64,000 nucleotides of DNA. Source: Lingula anatina (lineage: Eukaryota; Animalia; Brachiopoda). Shown in pieces: positions 37,280-48,251 of this stretch (the stretch's first letter is position 1; each line of letters starts with the position of its first letter). The position numbers and the translations under genes are program-made. The notes beneath the pieces are model-generated. The model did no database searches, was not told the origin of the DNA, and was given only the letters and a program-made list of their open reading frames with translations. The stretch spans positions 4,030,001-4,094,000 of the forward strand of contig CM120643.1 of assembly GCA_051362555.1 (NCBI GenBank), read 5' to 3'.

Positions 37280-37628
37280 AGGGAGAAGAACTGTTCATTT
37301 TGGCCAAAAAGGAATTTTCCTGGGGTAAAAGATGGTTTTCTCTACTTACCATTGGTTAATGTATCCATTCTGACATTCAAAGTTTGTGCAATAGCTCTTC
37401 TTAAAAAGTTTATTTTATTGTTTTAATACATTTAAAGGGATACCAACTGTCAGTTTGAGAATCATATTATTACATAAGTAATTATCACTAAATCAAACGT
37501 TTAAAGAAAAAATCCTGGACTAATTTTAAATGTTGGAACAGATTCATAAACCATTGGTAAGTATGGGAAAATCGTCGTTTACCGCAAGAAAAAATATTTT
37601 TTGACCAAAATGAACAGTTGTTCTCCCT
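37280..37628. mobile_element. Kolobok-like MITE with long inverted arms (degenerate TTAA TSD)
   Basis: CTAA|AGGGAGAAGAACTGTTCATTTTGGCCAAAAA ... TTTTTGACCAAAATGAACAGTTGTTCTCCCT|TCAA. Inversion extends to TACTTACCATTGGTT / AACCATTGGTAAGTA. Confidence 0.8.
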
Positions 37629-37991
37629 TCAAGTGATTATTACAGAAGTATATCAATCTTTGAAGACCCACATTTGGTCCACATTGCTTCTTCAATTCAA
37701 TTCAATTCATTTCATAAAATCTAGATGACATTTTCCAGGTGATTTTGAAGCATACCTTATGGTAATGATGAACAAGACTGGATGGCTTCTTGCATTGTCC
37801 AGTTGAAGTGGTTAAGTTCAGTTTCTTGTTATTATGCCCTGACCTCAGTAACTGTCAATCATTTTTATGTACAGACACAGATGTGTCTGTACATATTGCC
37901 ACCACCTGCGTCTGTCGTCACCGTTGCCATCGCCGTGCACTTTCAGCGTAAACACAGTGGAAGACAGTTTACTTTTTCGGCTTTATATTTA

Positions 37992-39098
37992 GGCCACACT
38001 TTTTTAATTTTATGGATGACATCCTGCGCGCGCACCGATTTTCGTCCGTTCTCCAAAAAAAAAAAAAAAATCCCCCCCCCCAAACCGCTCCCCCCCCCCC
38101 CGAGGTAGTTGGTTGTCGCAAACATCGTTATTGAATTTGCAGGAAAATGCAATCGGCAATTCTCGGCTAATTCCGCAAGCTCTTAAGAGATTTTAACAAA
38201 AAACCATACTTTTTAGAAAAAAAACAGGGACTAACTTTGAATGTAAAAATGGATTCATAACCATTGGTAAGTATGGGAAAATTGTTGTTTACTCCAGGAA
38301 AATTCATTTTTTGGCCGAAACGAAGAGTTATTATTGCTTTAATTTCAAAATACACGACAATTAAAGTCATAAAGAGAACAGGGGCCGTCTTTTTGGATTG
38401 GTTTGCCATTGATATTAGACATGGAGATATCACCCTTTTACAATTATACGAAAGGCTGGCCGCGGCCAGCGATCATCGCCAGGAAAATTTTAGTGACATT
38501 CTGTCCAGAGCAGCACATACCAGTTTCTTTTTGGAGCAAAAAAAGGGTCGACAAGAGCGTCGTGGTATTTGGTGGACTGAAGGTCGGACAGGCCACCCGA
38601 TAGTTGGCTGCTAGCGTTTGAGTCGAAGTAGACAAAATGGCATCGACCGAAATTACCTTAGTAGTAGGAAGCATAGGCCTATCTTTGCTTCATTTTTTTA
38701 ACAATTCTGTGAAGTGTTTACAATGCATTAATTTTCTGAGAGTACAAATTAAGACACGCTGTTTATTTGATATTTGTTTTATTGGATGCTATACCAACAG
38801 AATGCATGAAATAACCTTAAATAGATTTGGTAATATGCAGCATATATATTCATGACTTTTTACCTTTCTACGAAATAGGCCCTATTCACAAAGCTTTAAT
38901 ATTTTGAGAGCATGGATAAAGACATGTTGTTAGTTTGATACGTGTTTCTGTGGTAAATTAGTGTTTCCAGCTGTGTACTGAAAACATAACTTTTCTTAAG
39001 CAGTTTTTTTTTTTGGACTGTTTTTTTTTATTTCGCCCGCTCGCACCGACTTTGGGGTCCCCAGAGGATGTCATCCATAAAAATAAAAAAGTGTGGCC
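37992..39098. mobile_element. Non-autonomous TIR transposon with TTA TSD (Zator or PIF/Harbinger-like), copy 1
   Basis: TTA|GGCCACACTTTTTTAATTTTATGGATGACATCCT ... AGGATGTCATCCATAAAAATAAAAAAGTGTGGCC|TTA, a 34-bp TIR with one mismatch. Confidence 0.9.
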
Positions 39099-39480
39099 TT
39101 ACAGAGCTGATGAATATAGGTCAAGTTCGAAAATCAGCATGATCGGGCCATTATTGTAGAAGTTATGCTGTTTTTTCACTTTTCAGCATATATGCAGCAC
39201 TGTAAACACATTTCAAGGAAAACCGATAGGCTTGTTGTCATGAAACTCACAGGAGTAATCAATCGTACTAAAACGCAGGTCAAGTTTGAAAATCGGCATG
39301 AGCGGGCCACTATTTTAGTAGTTATGCTGTTTATTCACTTTTTTCACTTTTCAGCATATATGCAGCACTGTAAACACAATATAAGAAAAACAGATAAGCC
39401 AATTGTCATGAAACTCACAGGAGTGGCCAATCTTACTAAAACGCAGGTTGAGTTTGAAAACCAGCATAATCGGGCCATTA

Positions 39481-40047
39481 TTTACCTAACTATCAAATGG
39501 AAAATCTACAATCAATTCAGCACTCTGCTGCTCATCTCCTCTGTAAAGCTCAGAAGTCCGACCACATCACACCAATTCTGCGAAACCTCCACTGGCTACC
39601 CTTGTCTCAACAAAAAGTTTTTAAAATATTACTTTTGACTTTTAAGATTTTAAAGGGCGACTGTCCATTTTACTTAAACTCTACCATAGAACTTTTAACT
39701 CCTATCAGATCACTTCGATCTAGTGGACAACTTCAACTTAAGCGGAAAGACACCAAAAAGACTCTTAAAACATATGGACACAGAAGTTTCGAGATTTGTG
39801 CACCAATTTTATGGTCTAATTTCATCACAAGATCTAATGTGTCTCTGGATGACTTATATTACTGTTTTAAGAAAAATTTAAAAACTTTTTTTATTTAAAG
39901 AATACTTTAATATATATCATCTTTTTAGTTTTTAAAATTTTTTAATATTCTGTTTTTAGTCTATACTGGCTTTAATTTATCTGTGGAGTTTTTATTTTTT
40001 ATGTAAACAGCGCTGAGACGCATGTGTAGCGTGGTTTTAAAGAAGTG

Positions 40048-40092
<45 letters not shown>
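39481..40092 (+). mobile_element. L2/CR1-group LINE 3' fragment
   Basis: ORF 39497-39898 LQSIQHSAAHLL...DHITPILRNLHWLP...FKILLLTFK...RSLRSS...YGHRSF..APILW...FKKNLKT is the typical L2 ORF2 C-terminus, followed by a 3' UTR and a (TTA)n tail at ~40050-40092. Confidence 0.92.
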
Positions 40093-40093
<1 letters not shown>

Positions 40094-40529
40094 GAAGTTA
40101 TGCTGTTTTTTCACATTTCCTCAGATTCAGTTCTTAGGCATGTTAACAGTCTCATTATTTAACTAATAAGATACGTAAAAGTGTTTGTTTGACATTTCCT
40201 GCATCTTTACAACATTGTTGGTTGATTATGTAAAAATGTTGATTATGTAAAAATTGTAAACTTGTTATCATGTATTGTGTAATAAAGTTTCAAAAATGGA
40301 AATAAACTCATATCATTGCAGTTTGTCAGATTCAATCATTCACTATATGTTCAGAATCCAGAATCTCAGAATGGAGGAAATTGGACATTTACCACTGTTC
40401 TATTGATATTTTTCCCATCTCATCAATTTTCTTGGTTGATCATATAAAAATGGCAGTAAACTGTTAATTTTTTTTTATGTTAAAAAATTGTTAAAATGGA
40501 AAAAAAAACATTTCAGAACAGTGCTGTCT

Positions 40530-41770
40530 TGTTTATATTTTGGCATTTTCAAGGTGTGACTTTGAAGTTCCATGGTTCTGAAGACCTTTGCTAGTCACAT
40601 TTTCTGAATATCCATGATACTAGTATTTTATTATTAAAAATTGATGGTCATTATGTTGTTAAATATTATGTAATATTGCATGAAAATTTGAAGAAACCCT
40701 ATTTTGGGCACTGCTCCCATGATGACCATTTAAGGAAAACCATGTCACTTGCTGTTCTCAAACTTACAGAAAAGAAACACAGGACTTAAATACAGCTTCA
40801 GTAGGTGATGCAGTCTGTTTGGTAATTCTTTCTGGCAGTTAAACAGTTTTTTGTGAAAATTTAATTTTTCACATATTGGCATTTTCAAGGTGTGACTTTG
40901 AAGTTCCATGGTTCTGAAGACCTTTGCTAGTCACATTTTCTGAATATCCATGATACTAATATTTTATTATTTATAATTGATGGTCATTATGCTGTTAAAC
41001 ATTATGTAATGTTGCATCAAAATTTGAAGAAACCCCTATTTTGGGCACTGCTCCCATGATGACCATTATGGGAAAACCATGTTACTTATGATTGTCAAAC
41101 TTTCAAAAAAGAAACACAGGACTAAAATGCAGCCCGAGTTGGAAAAGCAGTGTAATTGGCTTCTTTTTCTGGAAGTTATACATTTTAGTGAAATATTCAT
41201 TTTTATTGTGTTGGCATATTTATTGTGGGACTCAGAGCTCCCATGGACATGAAGCCGAATGGTAATCAAATTTTCTACAAGTCCATGCTATTTATAGTCA
41301 ATAATCAAAAATTGGTGATAATTATTCTGTAATTTATTATGTAATGTTACATCAAAATGGACAGAAATCTTTTTGCACTGCTACTACAAACATTAGGAAA
41401 AGAAAACTGTGTTACTTATTATTATTTTTAACTTACAAGTATGATTTTTAGGATTGGCATGCAGTTCAAATTAAAAAGCCAGGTCAATTGGGTTATCATT
41501 TATTATTGAATTTATGCAATTTTGTGTGAAATTTTCATTTTTCTCATTCTGGTATTTTCAAAGTGTGAACTTGAACTCATATCGGCCTGAAACCTTATGC
41601 TTGTTACACATTTTACTTACATTGTATTACCTGTTGAGCATAATTAAAATTTGATATTGAATTTGCAGTTAAGCATAATGTACTTTTGCATCAGAATTGA
41701 CAGTAGCCTATTTTGTGCATTGTTATTGTCTGCTTTTTGTCTGTACATTTGACAGCTTTGCTGCCTTGTT
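40530..41770 (+). repeat. ~336-bp degenerate tandem repeat (~4 units) with dispersed homologs
   Basis: TTTTCAAGGTGTGACTTTGAAGTTCCATGGTTCTGAAGACCTTTGCTAG at 40546 and 40882; diverged units follow. Homologs at ~19660-19815, ~22480-22710 and ~24290-24460. Confidence 0.8.
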
Positions 41771-41799
41771 ATCATATGAAAGACCTGGGCTTTCATGGT

Positions 41800-43080
41800 G
41801 ATTTTTATTGTCCGAAGAAAATACTTTTCATTAAACACAGTCAGCTTATCAACTTATCACAGATTTTTATTTGTACAAATTTGTACAAATTTCAGAAATA
41901 TTGGACAAGGTTTGACAAAATTATTAATGTTTAACTATTTTAAGTAATAGGGTTTGTCAGTCTTTTCAATGTTATTTTCAGTTTTCCCAAATATATTGTC
42001 CCAAAAAAAAAACACTTTTCATCAGACACAGTCATCTGCTCAGCTTATCTCAGATTATTAAAGTTGTTAAGCATCATTTGTACAAATTTCTGAAATATTT
42101 GACAAGATTTGACAAAATACTTAATGTTTAACTATTTTAAGTCTTGGGATTTGCCAGTCTTTTCAATGTAATTTTTTAGTTCTTTCAGTTATATTGTTCT
42201 TTTTCCAGAGTACCCTTACCATGAAAAAGCAGGTAGTGAAAGACAGCACCATGAGCAGCACTATGTCTTACCCATGTGTACAATACATGATATGTGGCAA
42301 GATTTAGGATATTGTCAAATATTGTGATAACAACAACCCATTCCAGAAACCCATTGTAAGGAGTAATCTGCATCTGACATTGATAGTAAGAAGAAGTCTT
42401 GTATGGGTATATATTGTTTTCCAGATAACAGTTATAGGTAATTTGCAACCTCTTACACAAACAACCTCAAATCATCACATTTGCTTTTTTTTTTAATAAT
42501 CACATTGCAAAATTATTAACATTTAACTATTTTAAGCCATGGAATTTGCCAGTGTTTTCAGTGTAATTTTTTAGTTTTTTCAAAGATATTGTCGGAAGAA
42601 GATACTTTTCCTTAGACACAGTCATTTGATCAGCTTATCACAGATTTTTATTGTTGTTAAGCATCATTTGTACAAATTTCAGAAACACTGGACAAGATTT
42701 GTCAAAATTATTAACGTTTAACTATTTTAAGTCCTGGGTTTTGCTAGTCTTTTCAATGTAAATTTCAGTGTTCCCAAATATATTGTCCCAAAAAAACACT
42801 TTTCTTAGATACAGACAACTGAATTAAATTTTTTCACAGATTTTTATTGTTGTTAAGCATCATTTGTACAATTTTCAGAAATAATGGACTAAATTTGACA
42901 AAATTATTAGCATTTAACTATTTTAAGTCCTGTGATTTGCCAGTCTTTTCAATGTAAATTTCAGTTTTCCCAAATACTATATTGTCCGAAAAAGACACTT
43001 TTCATTAGACACATTCATTTGATCAGCTTATCACAGATTGTTAATGTTGTTAAGCATCATTTGTACAAATTTCAGAAATA
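41800..43080 (+). repeat. ~195-200-bp tandem repeat (~5 units), interrupted at ~42190-42500
   Basis: Recurring CAGCTTATCACAGATT..GTTGTTAAGCATCATTTGTACAAATTTCAGAAA..TTTAACTATTTTAAG. Confidence 0.9.
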
Positions 43081-43157
43081 AGTGGCTTATATTCACTTGA
43101 AACCTTATAGAGAAGGTTAGTTACTCATTCCATGCTAATCTATTTGTTTCTTTTCAG

Positions 43158-45010
43158 ACCAGGCCCCAGCTGACCAAGAAGACCCACTGAGGACTGAGGA
43201 CCAAGGAGTGAGGACTGAGGACCAAAGAGTGAGGACTAAGGACCCATCAGGTTGTTTAAGTACTTTTTCAGTGATTTTTCATTTAAAATTTTTTATAGAT
43301 GATAGACCCAGAATGAACTGATTTGAGGTCTGTAAATATTTTGAAACTATTAATGTCTATGATAGATGCTACGTGAATGTCTCTACAACTGATGAATGAC
43401 CACTTCAGACTCTTTTTTTGACAATGACAATGACTGTGGATAATTAAAGGGATGTGTCAAAACACAATTACTTTCATACCTATATAATGCTGAAATAAGG
43501 CGATGTCCATTATTAAGCACTGTGCAACCACTAAACAAGATAGCTTTAAATACTTGTTAGGTGTATTGTATTGAATTCATTTTAAGGTTTGGACACTAGC
43601 CCACATAATAGTAAACTCCCTAGGAGTACTTCATACATGTTAACTTGTAGCATGGGATATGGGGGACCCCCCCCCCAAAAAAAAAAAAAAAAAAAAAATC
43701 AATATGTATACAGTACCTGGATCCCTCATTTTTTTTATCTATGCCATATTACACAATTTTCTTTCTTTTTAGACCATCACATTTTTTCCAAAACAGAAGC
43801 CCCTAGGAGAAAACGGTTGTTGTTTGGTATACTAATATTTTTCAGCTGAGGCCCAAGCTGACCAGGACCCATTGAGGACTGGGGACCAATTAAGAGAGGA
43901 TACAGGAGGTTTGTAAAAAGACACCTAATGTGATTTATGAGCAGTGGTAAAAAGGTCCCAAAATCACTGAAACCAATTTTTTCTATGAAATTGCAATGTT
44001 GCCGGACTTGTTGAGCACTTGGTTGAATTGACTGAAATCTTTCCTGAATGGGTTAAGTATCAGGTTAACACTTTAATATTATTGGCAAAACAAGTTAAAT
44101 ACCTCTCTCTTTTGTTAATGTACTGTAAATGAATTGAGCTACTTGCATTATTCAATATTTTTTGGGATGGCTCATATTTTAATGTTTTGCTTTCCATTTG
44201 TAGTTAGGACTGAGGAAGAGGATTGTAAGGCCCTTAATGGTGAGGGCCGAGTAGTATGAAAAGAAAAGGTAAGGTCCCTTCCTTGTCACTTAAATGGAGA
44301 AAAAACCTTTCATGCAGTAGGTATGACATTTCTTCTAAAATAATATTAAGTCAAAGACATGCCTGGTTGACTGGAGATGAAATAGACTTAGCCCATGGAA
44401 TTTGATCAGATATGTTCCCAAAGGTAGAGGGCTTTCATGGTACTTGTGATCTAGAGTTTGTTAAAAATGGTAATTTCCTATCCACTCCCACTTCTTCATT
44501 TGTGCAGATAGTTAATCTGAACTCCCATTGGCTTACTCTTTCCAACATTAACAGCAATATTAGCAATTGTGTTCAAATTCCAGACTTAGCCCCAGATTGA
44601 AGGGTAAGATTGTTCAGATCATTGCTTCATTGCTTTTTTCCAAGGAAATTGTTTTGGAGCATATAGACGTTCAGGAGCAAACTGGCAGAAATGACATGTG
44701 CTTTGGAACAAGACCCGAGGACTTCATTTGGGAGCAAAGGGCAATGAGGGAACATCTCAGCAAGTGTTTTGAAAGGGGTAGTTTGGAAATGTCCCCAAAT
44801 AGATCAGAGAACCGCAACCATACAAGACCAACATTGTCTAAATTTCCAATATATTGTCATTGTAGACAGGTCTATGACAGACACCAGGACTGGATTGAAT
44901 GTGAAGACTGCCTGCAATGGTTCCATGTCAAGTGTGAAGGGCTCCAGTCATCTGCCCTGGAGAATATACAGCACATATTGACAGTGTTGCAACTGCCCTT
45001 ATTAGGGTAG
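43158..45010 (+). pseudogene. Decayed Ulp1-like (C48-type) cysteine protease + PHD finger gene, with two upstream acidic micro-exons
   Basis: Phase 1-1 exons 43158-43250 (DQAPADQEDPLRTEDQGVRTED...) and 43846-43908 (AEAQADQDPLRTGD...). The exon from 44204 contains WLTGDEID...FPKVEG...FVQIVNLNSHWLTLSNI / IASLL...DVQEQTGRND...MREHLSKCFE...IYCHCRQ...WIECEDCLQWFHVKCEGL, with stops and frameshifts. The catalytic-Cys segment expected after QxQxxxxD is deleted. Confidence 0.85.
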
Positions 45011-46128
45011 TATTCTATAGAGCTGTAATCTGTCAGATAGACACATCGTACTAGTTGGGGGAGATTCTTGCTAAGTGTGATCATTGCAATTAGCAATGGC
45101 CGAGTTACTGAGGAGAAGGTATGCATGTTGGGCTTGCATGTTCAGTTTCTACTTAATATGCTATTTCTTAAGTTATTTTGCTCATTATAGATTACAGGGT
45201 AGCTAATAACATTCAGCAATATTTGGCTTCAAAAAAGTCTGTTTTATAAAACAATTAAAAGATGACCCATGTAATCCTTTCATAAATTTATTATGACATT
45301 ATTGAGAATATTTGTTCAAAAGTGTGATCAGAATAGTGATGACAGCAGCTGCAGAATTGTAATTTCTGACACTGAAAGCATAGATTAGAAGTAGAATGTA
45401 ACTTGGAGACTCTGACAGGGAAAGAGCTTAAAACCAAAGTGACTTATTTTCACTGGAAACCATACAGAGAATGTTTGTTACTTATTTCATCTATGCGTGA
45501 TTCTAGCATCAAAGGGAAAGGCTAGGCTAAGTTTGCTGATGTAGTTAAAGTAAGGCTACATTCCTGCTTGCATAATTGTATACTGTAGCAATAGAATTTA
45601 TGAATAGAATACCTTTCTCTAAATCATATGGTAACTAATTGTTAATTGTTGCTTAGTATACTGAAAATATTAGCTGAATAGTTTCATGTTAGGATATTGC
45701 ATGTAGGTTTTACTGTACATTGCTTGGTAATGGTAATACAACAAATGGGTTGTTAATCAATTTTACACCCTGTCCCCTAACATAAATTTTGTAGTGTTCC
45801 AACATAACCAATTGTTTTGTCCTTTTCAGGTGTTTGGAAAACACCATGACCAAGCCAACATGATTTTTTTGTTTAGATTTTTGAGGTTTTAAATGGCCAT
45901 GACCATTCTTTTATGTGATTTAGAGATTTTATTTGTGTCTGATTGTAGCTTTAAATTTGTTTCTGAAAATTTAGGTATTACTTTTGCCTTGTAAGCAATG
46001 TTAAAATAGTGTTATAGGTCCAACACAGTTGGCTCCAACTCTTATTATTACAGGAATCATGCAGATGTATTGATATGTGGATTATAATAATTGTTTGTCT
46101 AGTGTGAAAAATATTTTAGTTTAACTTA

Positions 46129-47102
46129 GGCCACACTTTTTTAATTTTATGGATGACATCCTGCGCGCGCACGGATTTTCGCCCGTTCTCCAAAAAAAAA
46201 AAAAAAAAAAAGCCCCCCCCCCCCCAGCCCCCAATGAAGTCAGTTGTCGCAAACGTTGTTATTGAATTTGCAAGGAAATGAGCTTTCTGCGCATGCGTAT
46301 TTTCGCCACGTGGAAATGCGGCCACTTTGCTGTCAAATTCATCTCTAGGATTACTTTCAAATTACACAACAATAAAAGTCATAAAGAGAACGGGCGCCAT
46401 CGTTTTGGATTGGTATGCCATTGATATTGGGCATGGAGATATCACCTTTTTACAATTGTGCGAAAGGCTGGCGGCGGCCGAAACATTTCTGTGACATTCT
46501 GTATAAAGCAGCACATTAATACCAGGTTTTCTGTAGCGAAAAAAGGTTCGACAAGAGCATCGAGGTATTTGGTGGGCTGAAGGTCGGACAGGCCACCTGA
46601 CACATAAGCTGCTTCGTGTGAGTTGGAGTTGACAAAATGGCATCGTCTGAAATGACCTTTAATAGATTTGGTAGTATTAAGCATATCTTTGCATCATTTT
46701 TTAAACATTTCTGTGAAGTGTTCAAAATGTTTTAATATTCTGAGAATACAAATAAAGACACACTGTTTGATTGATATTTGTTTTATTGATTGCTATACCA
46801 AATGAATGCATGAAATAACCTTAAATAGATTTGGTAATATGAAGTATATCAATTCATGACTTTTTTTTACATTTCTACGAAGTATTCACAATGCTTTAAT
46901 ATTTTGAGAGCATGGATAAAGACATATTGTTAGTTTGATACGTGTTTCTGTGGTTAAATTTGTGTTTCCAGCTGTGTACTGACAGCATTCCTTTACTTAA
47001 GCAGTTTTTTTTTTTTTTTTGGACTGTTTTTTTTTTTCGCCCTCTCGCACCGATTTTGGGGTACTCAGAGGATGTCATCCATAAAAATAAAAAAGTGTGG
47101 CC
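46129..47102. mobile_element. Non-autonomous TIR transposon with TTA TSD, copy 2
   Basis: Same 34-bp TIRs and TTA TSD (46126-46128 and 47103-47105) as 37992-39098; colinear interior. Confidence 0.9.
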
Positions 47103-48005
47103 TTACACTATTTTACTTAGAACTAATAACCACAGTAATCATTTTTTACTTGAAACATAAGTTCATTGTGAAGTGTTAAAGTCAAACTATCTGGGATTTG
47201 ACATGCATAGATTCTCTTTGTAAGATGTCATCTGAACAGTAAAATATGTTTGTTCAGCCATTTGCAATGTGGTTCCAGTCTCTACTTTATATCTGTTCAA
47301 CAAGATGTCTATCATATACTTCAATTGGCAAATCTGTATATTTATGACCTAGATGAAGTGTAAATGTCAAAAGGAATTTATTTATGGAATGGATTTGAAT
47401 AATCTCTTTATTAATCATACCAATGCAAAAGATATTGTAGAAAATGTGTTTGAGGTGTTGGATATAAACTATAAACCACTGCTGTTTGGAAATCTTTTGA
47501 GACTGATCACTCTGTACCAAGGACAGCATAAACAGAGACTGAATACAACAAACCATTAGTACCAAACCAAAGGACTGAAACATTTCCCTTGATCTTGCTT
47601 TACACTAGCTGTTGGGAAAGGCAATAGGTGTTTTCAAATTTGTTTGATATTAATTGGATGTCTGTTTGTGCCCTTAGATTACTGTATTCAATTTACCTGT
47701 ATACTGCATATAGTTCATTCCTGAACAACTAATTATTATGTATAGACATTGTTTGTATTTGTACCGAGCAAAAGAAAATTTGTTTCACAATAAATCATTG
47801 TAAATCAACCATTTTTTCAATCTTGGAATTATTATTGTTATTTAATTTATTTTATTTTATCTTATTTTATTTTATTATTATTATTTTTTTGTTTTTGTTT
47901 TTTGTAGTGACAATGCATGTAGAGTAGCATGACAATAAATTATAAGCATATTTTACATATAAATCAAATAAGATCTACCATGACATCCAATACATAGATA
48001 AGTAA

Positions 48006-48251
48006 CCCTTAGCAAAATTGAAAAGTGTGCATCACATGTGCTTCAAATTTACTGCACATGTACAGCACACTCTAGAGTGTGCAGTAGACAGCTTTGGGGA
48101 GCGTGCAGAAGTATGCAGTAAAAATCTTGCTGAGCACCTACTGCACACTTCCAGAAGTACAAACAGTGTGCAGAAAGTGTGCAAGAAACTTGGTATTTCA
48201 ATAGAACCATGCATGAGGACAGTGTGCAGTAAACTTAAACTTTGATCAGGA
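48006..48251. mobile_element. Degenerate MITE, EnSpm/CACTA-like (CCC terminus, subterminal TGTGCAG/CTGCACA motifs)
   Basis: CCCTTAGCAAAATT ... AACTTTGATCAGGA (10/14 inverted match), with many direct and inverted GTGCAG(T)A words. Confidence 0.5.

Larger units (their letters stand above)
37862..40170 (+). mobile_element. Helentron/HINE-like repeat hosting two nested insertions
   Basis: TTTTTATGTACAGACACAGATGTGTCTGTAC palindromic head; ~175-bp tandem cores at 39102-39480; end GATTCAGTTCTTAGGCATG..CAGTCTCATTATT shared with ~18963-19005. Confidence 0.55.

Noticed and set aside
44204-45010. Alternative genetic code (TGA=Trp) suggested by TGA at a Trp-like PHD position
   Set aside because: The same region also has frameshifts and a deletion and uses TGG normally, as does the intact FASTK-like gene. 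Ordinary pseudogene decay explains it.
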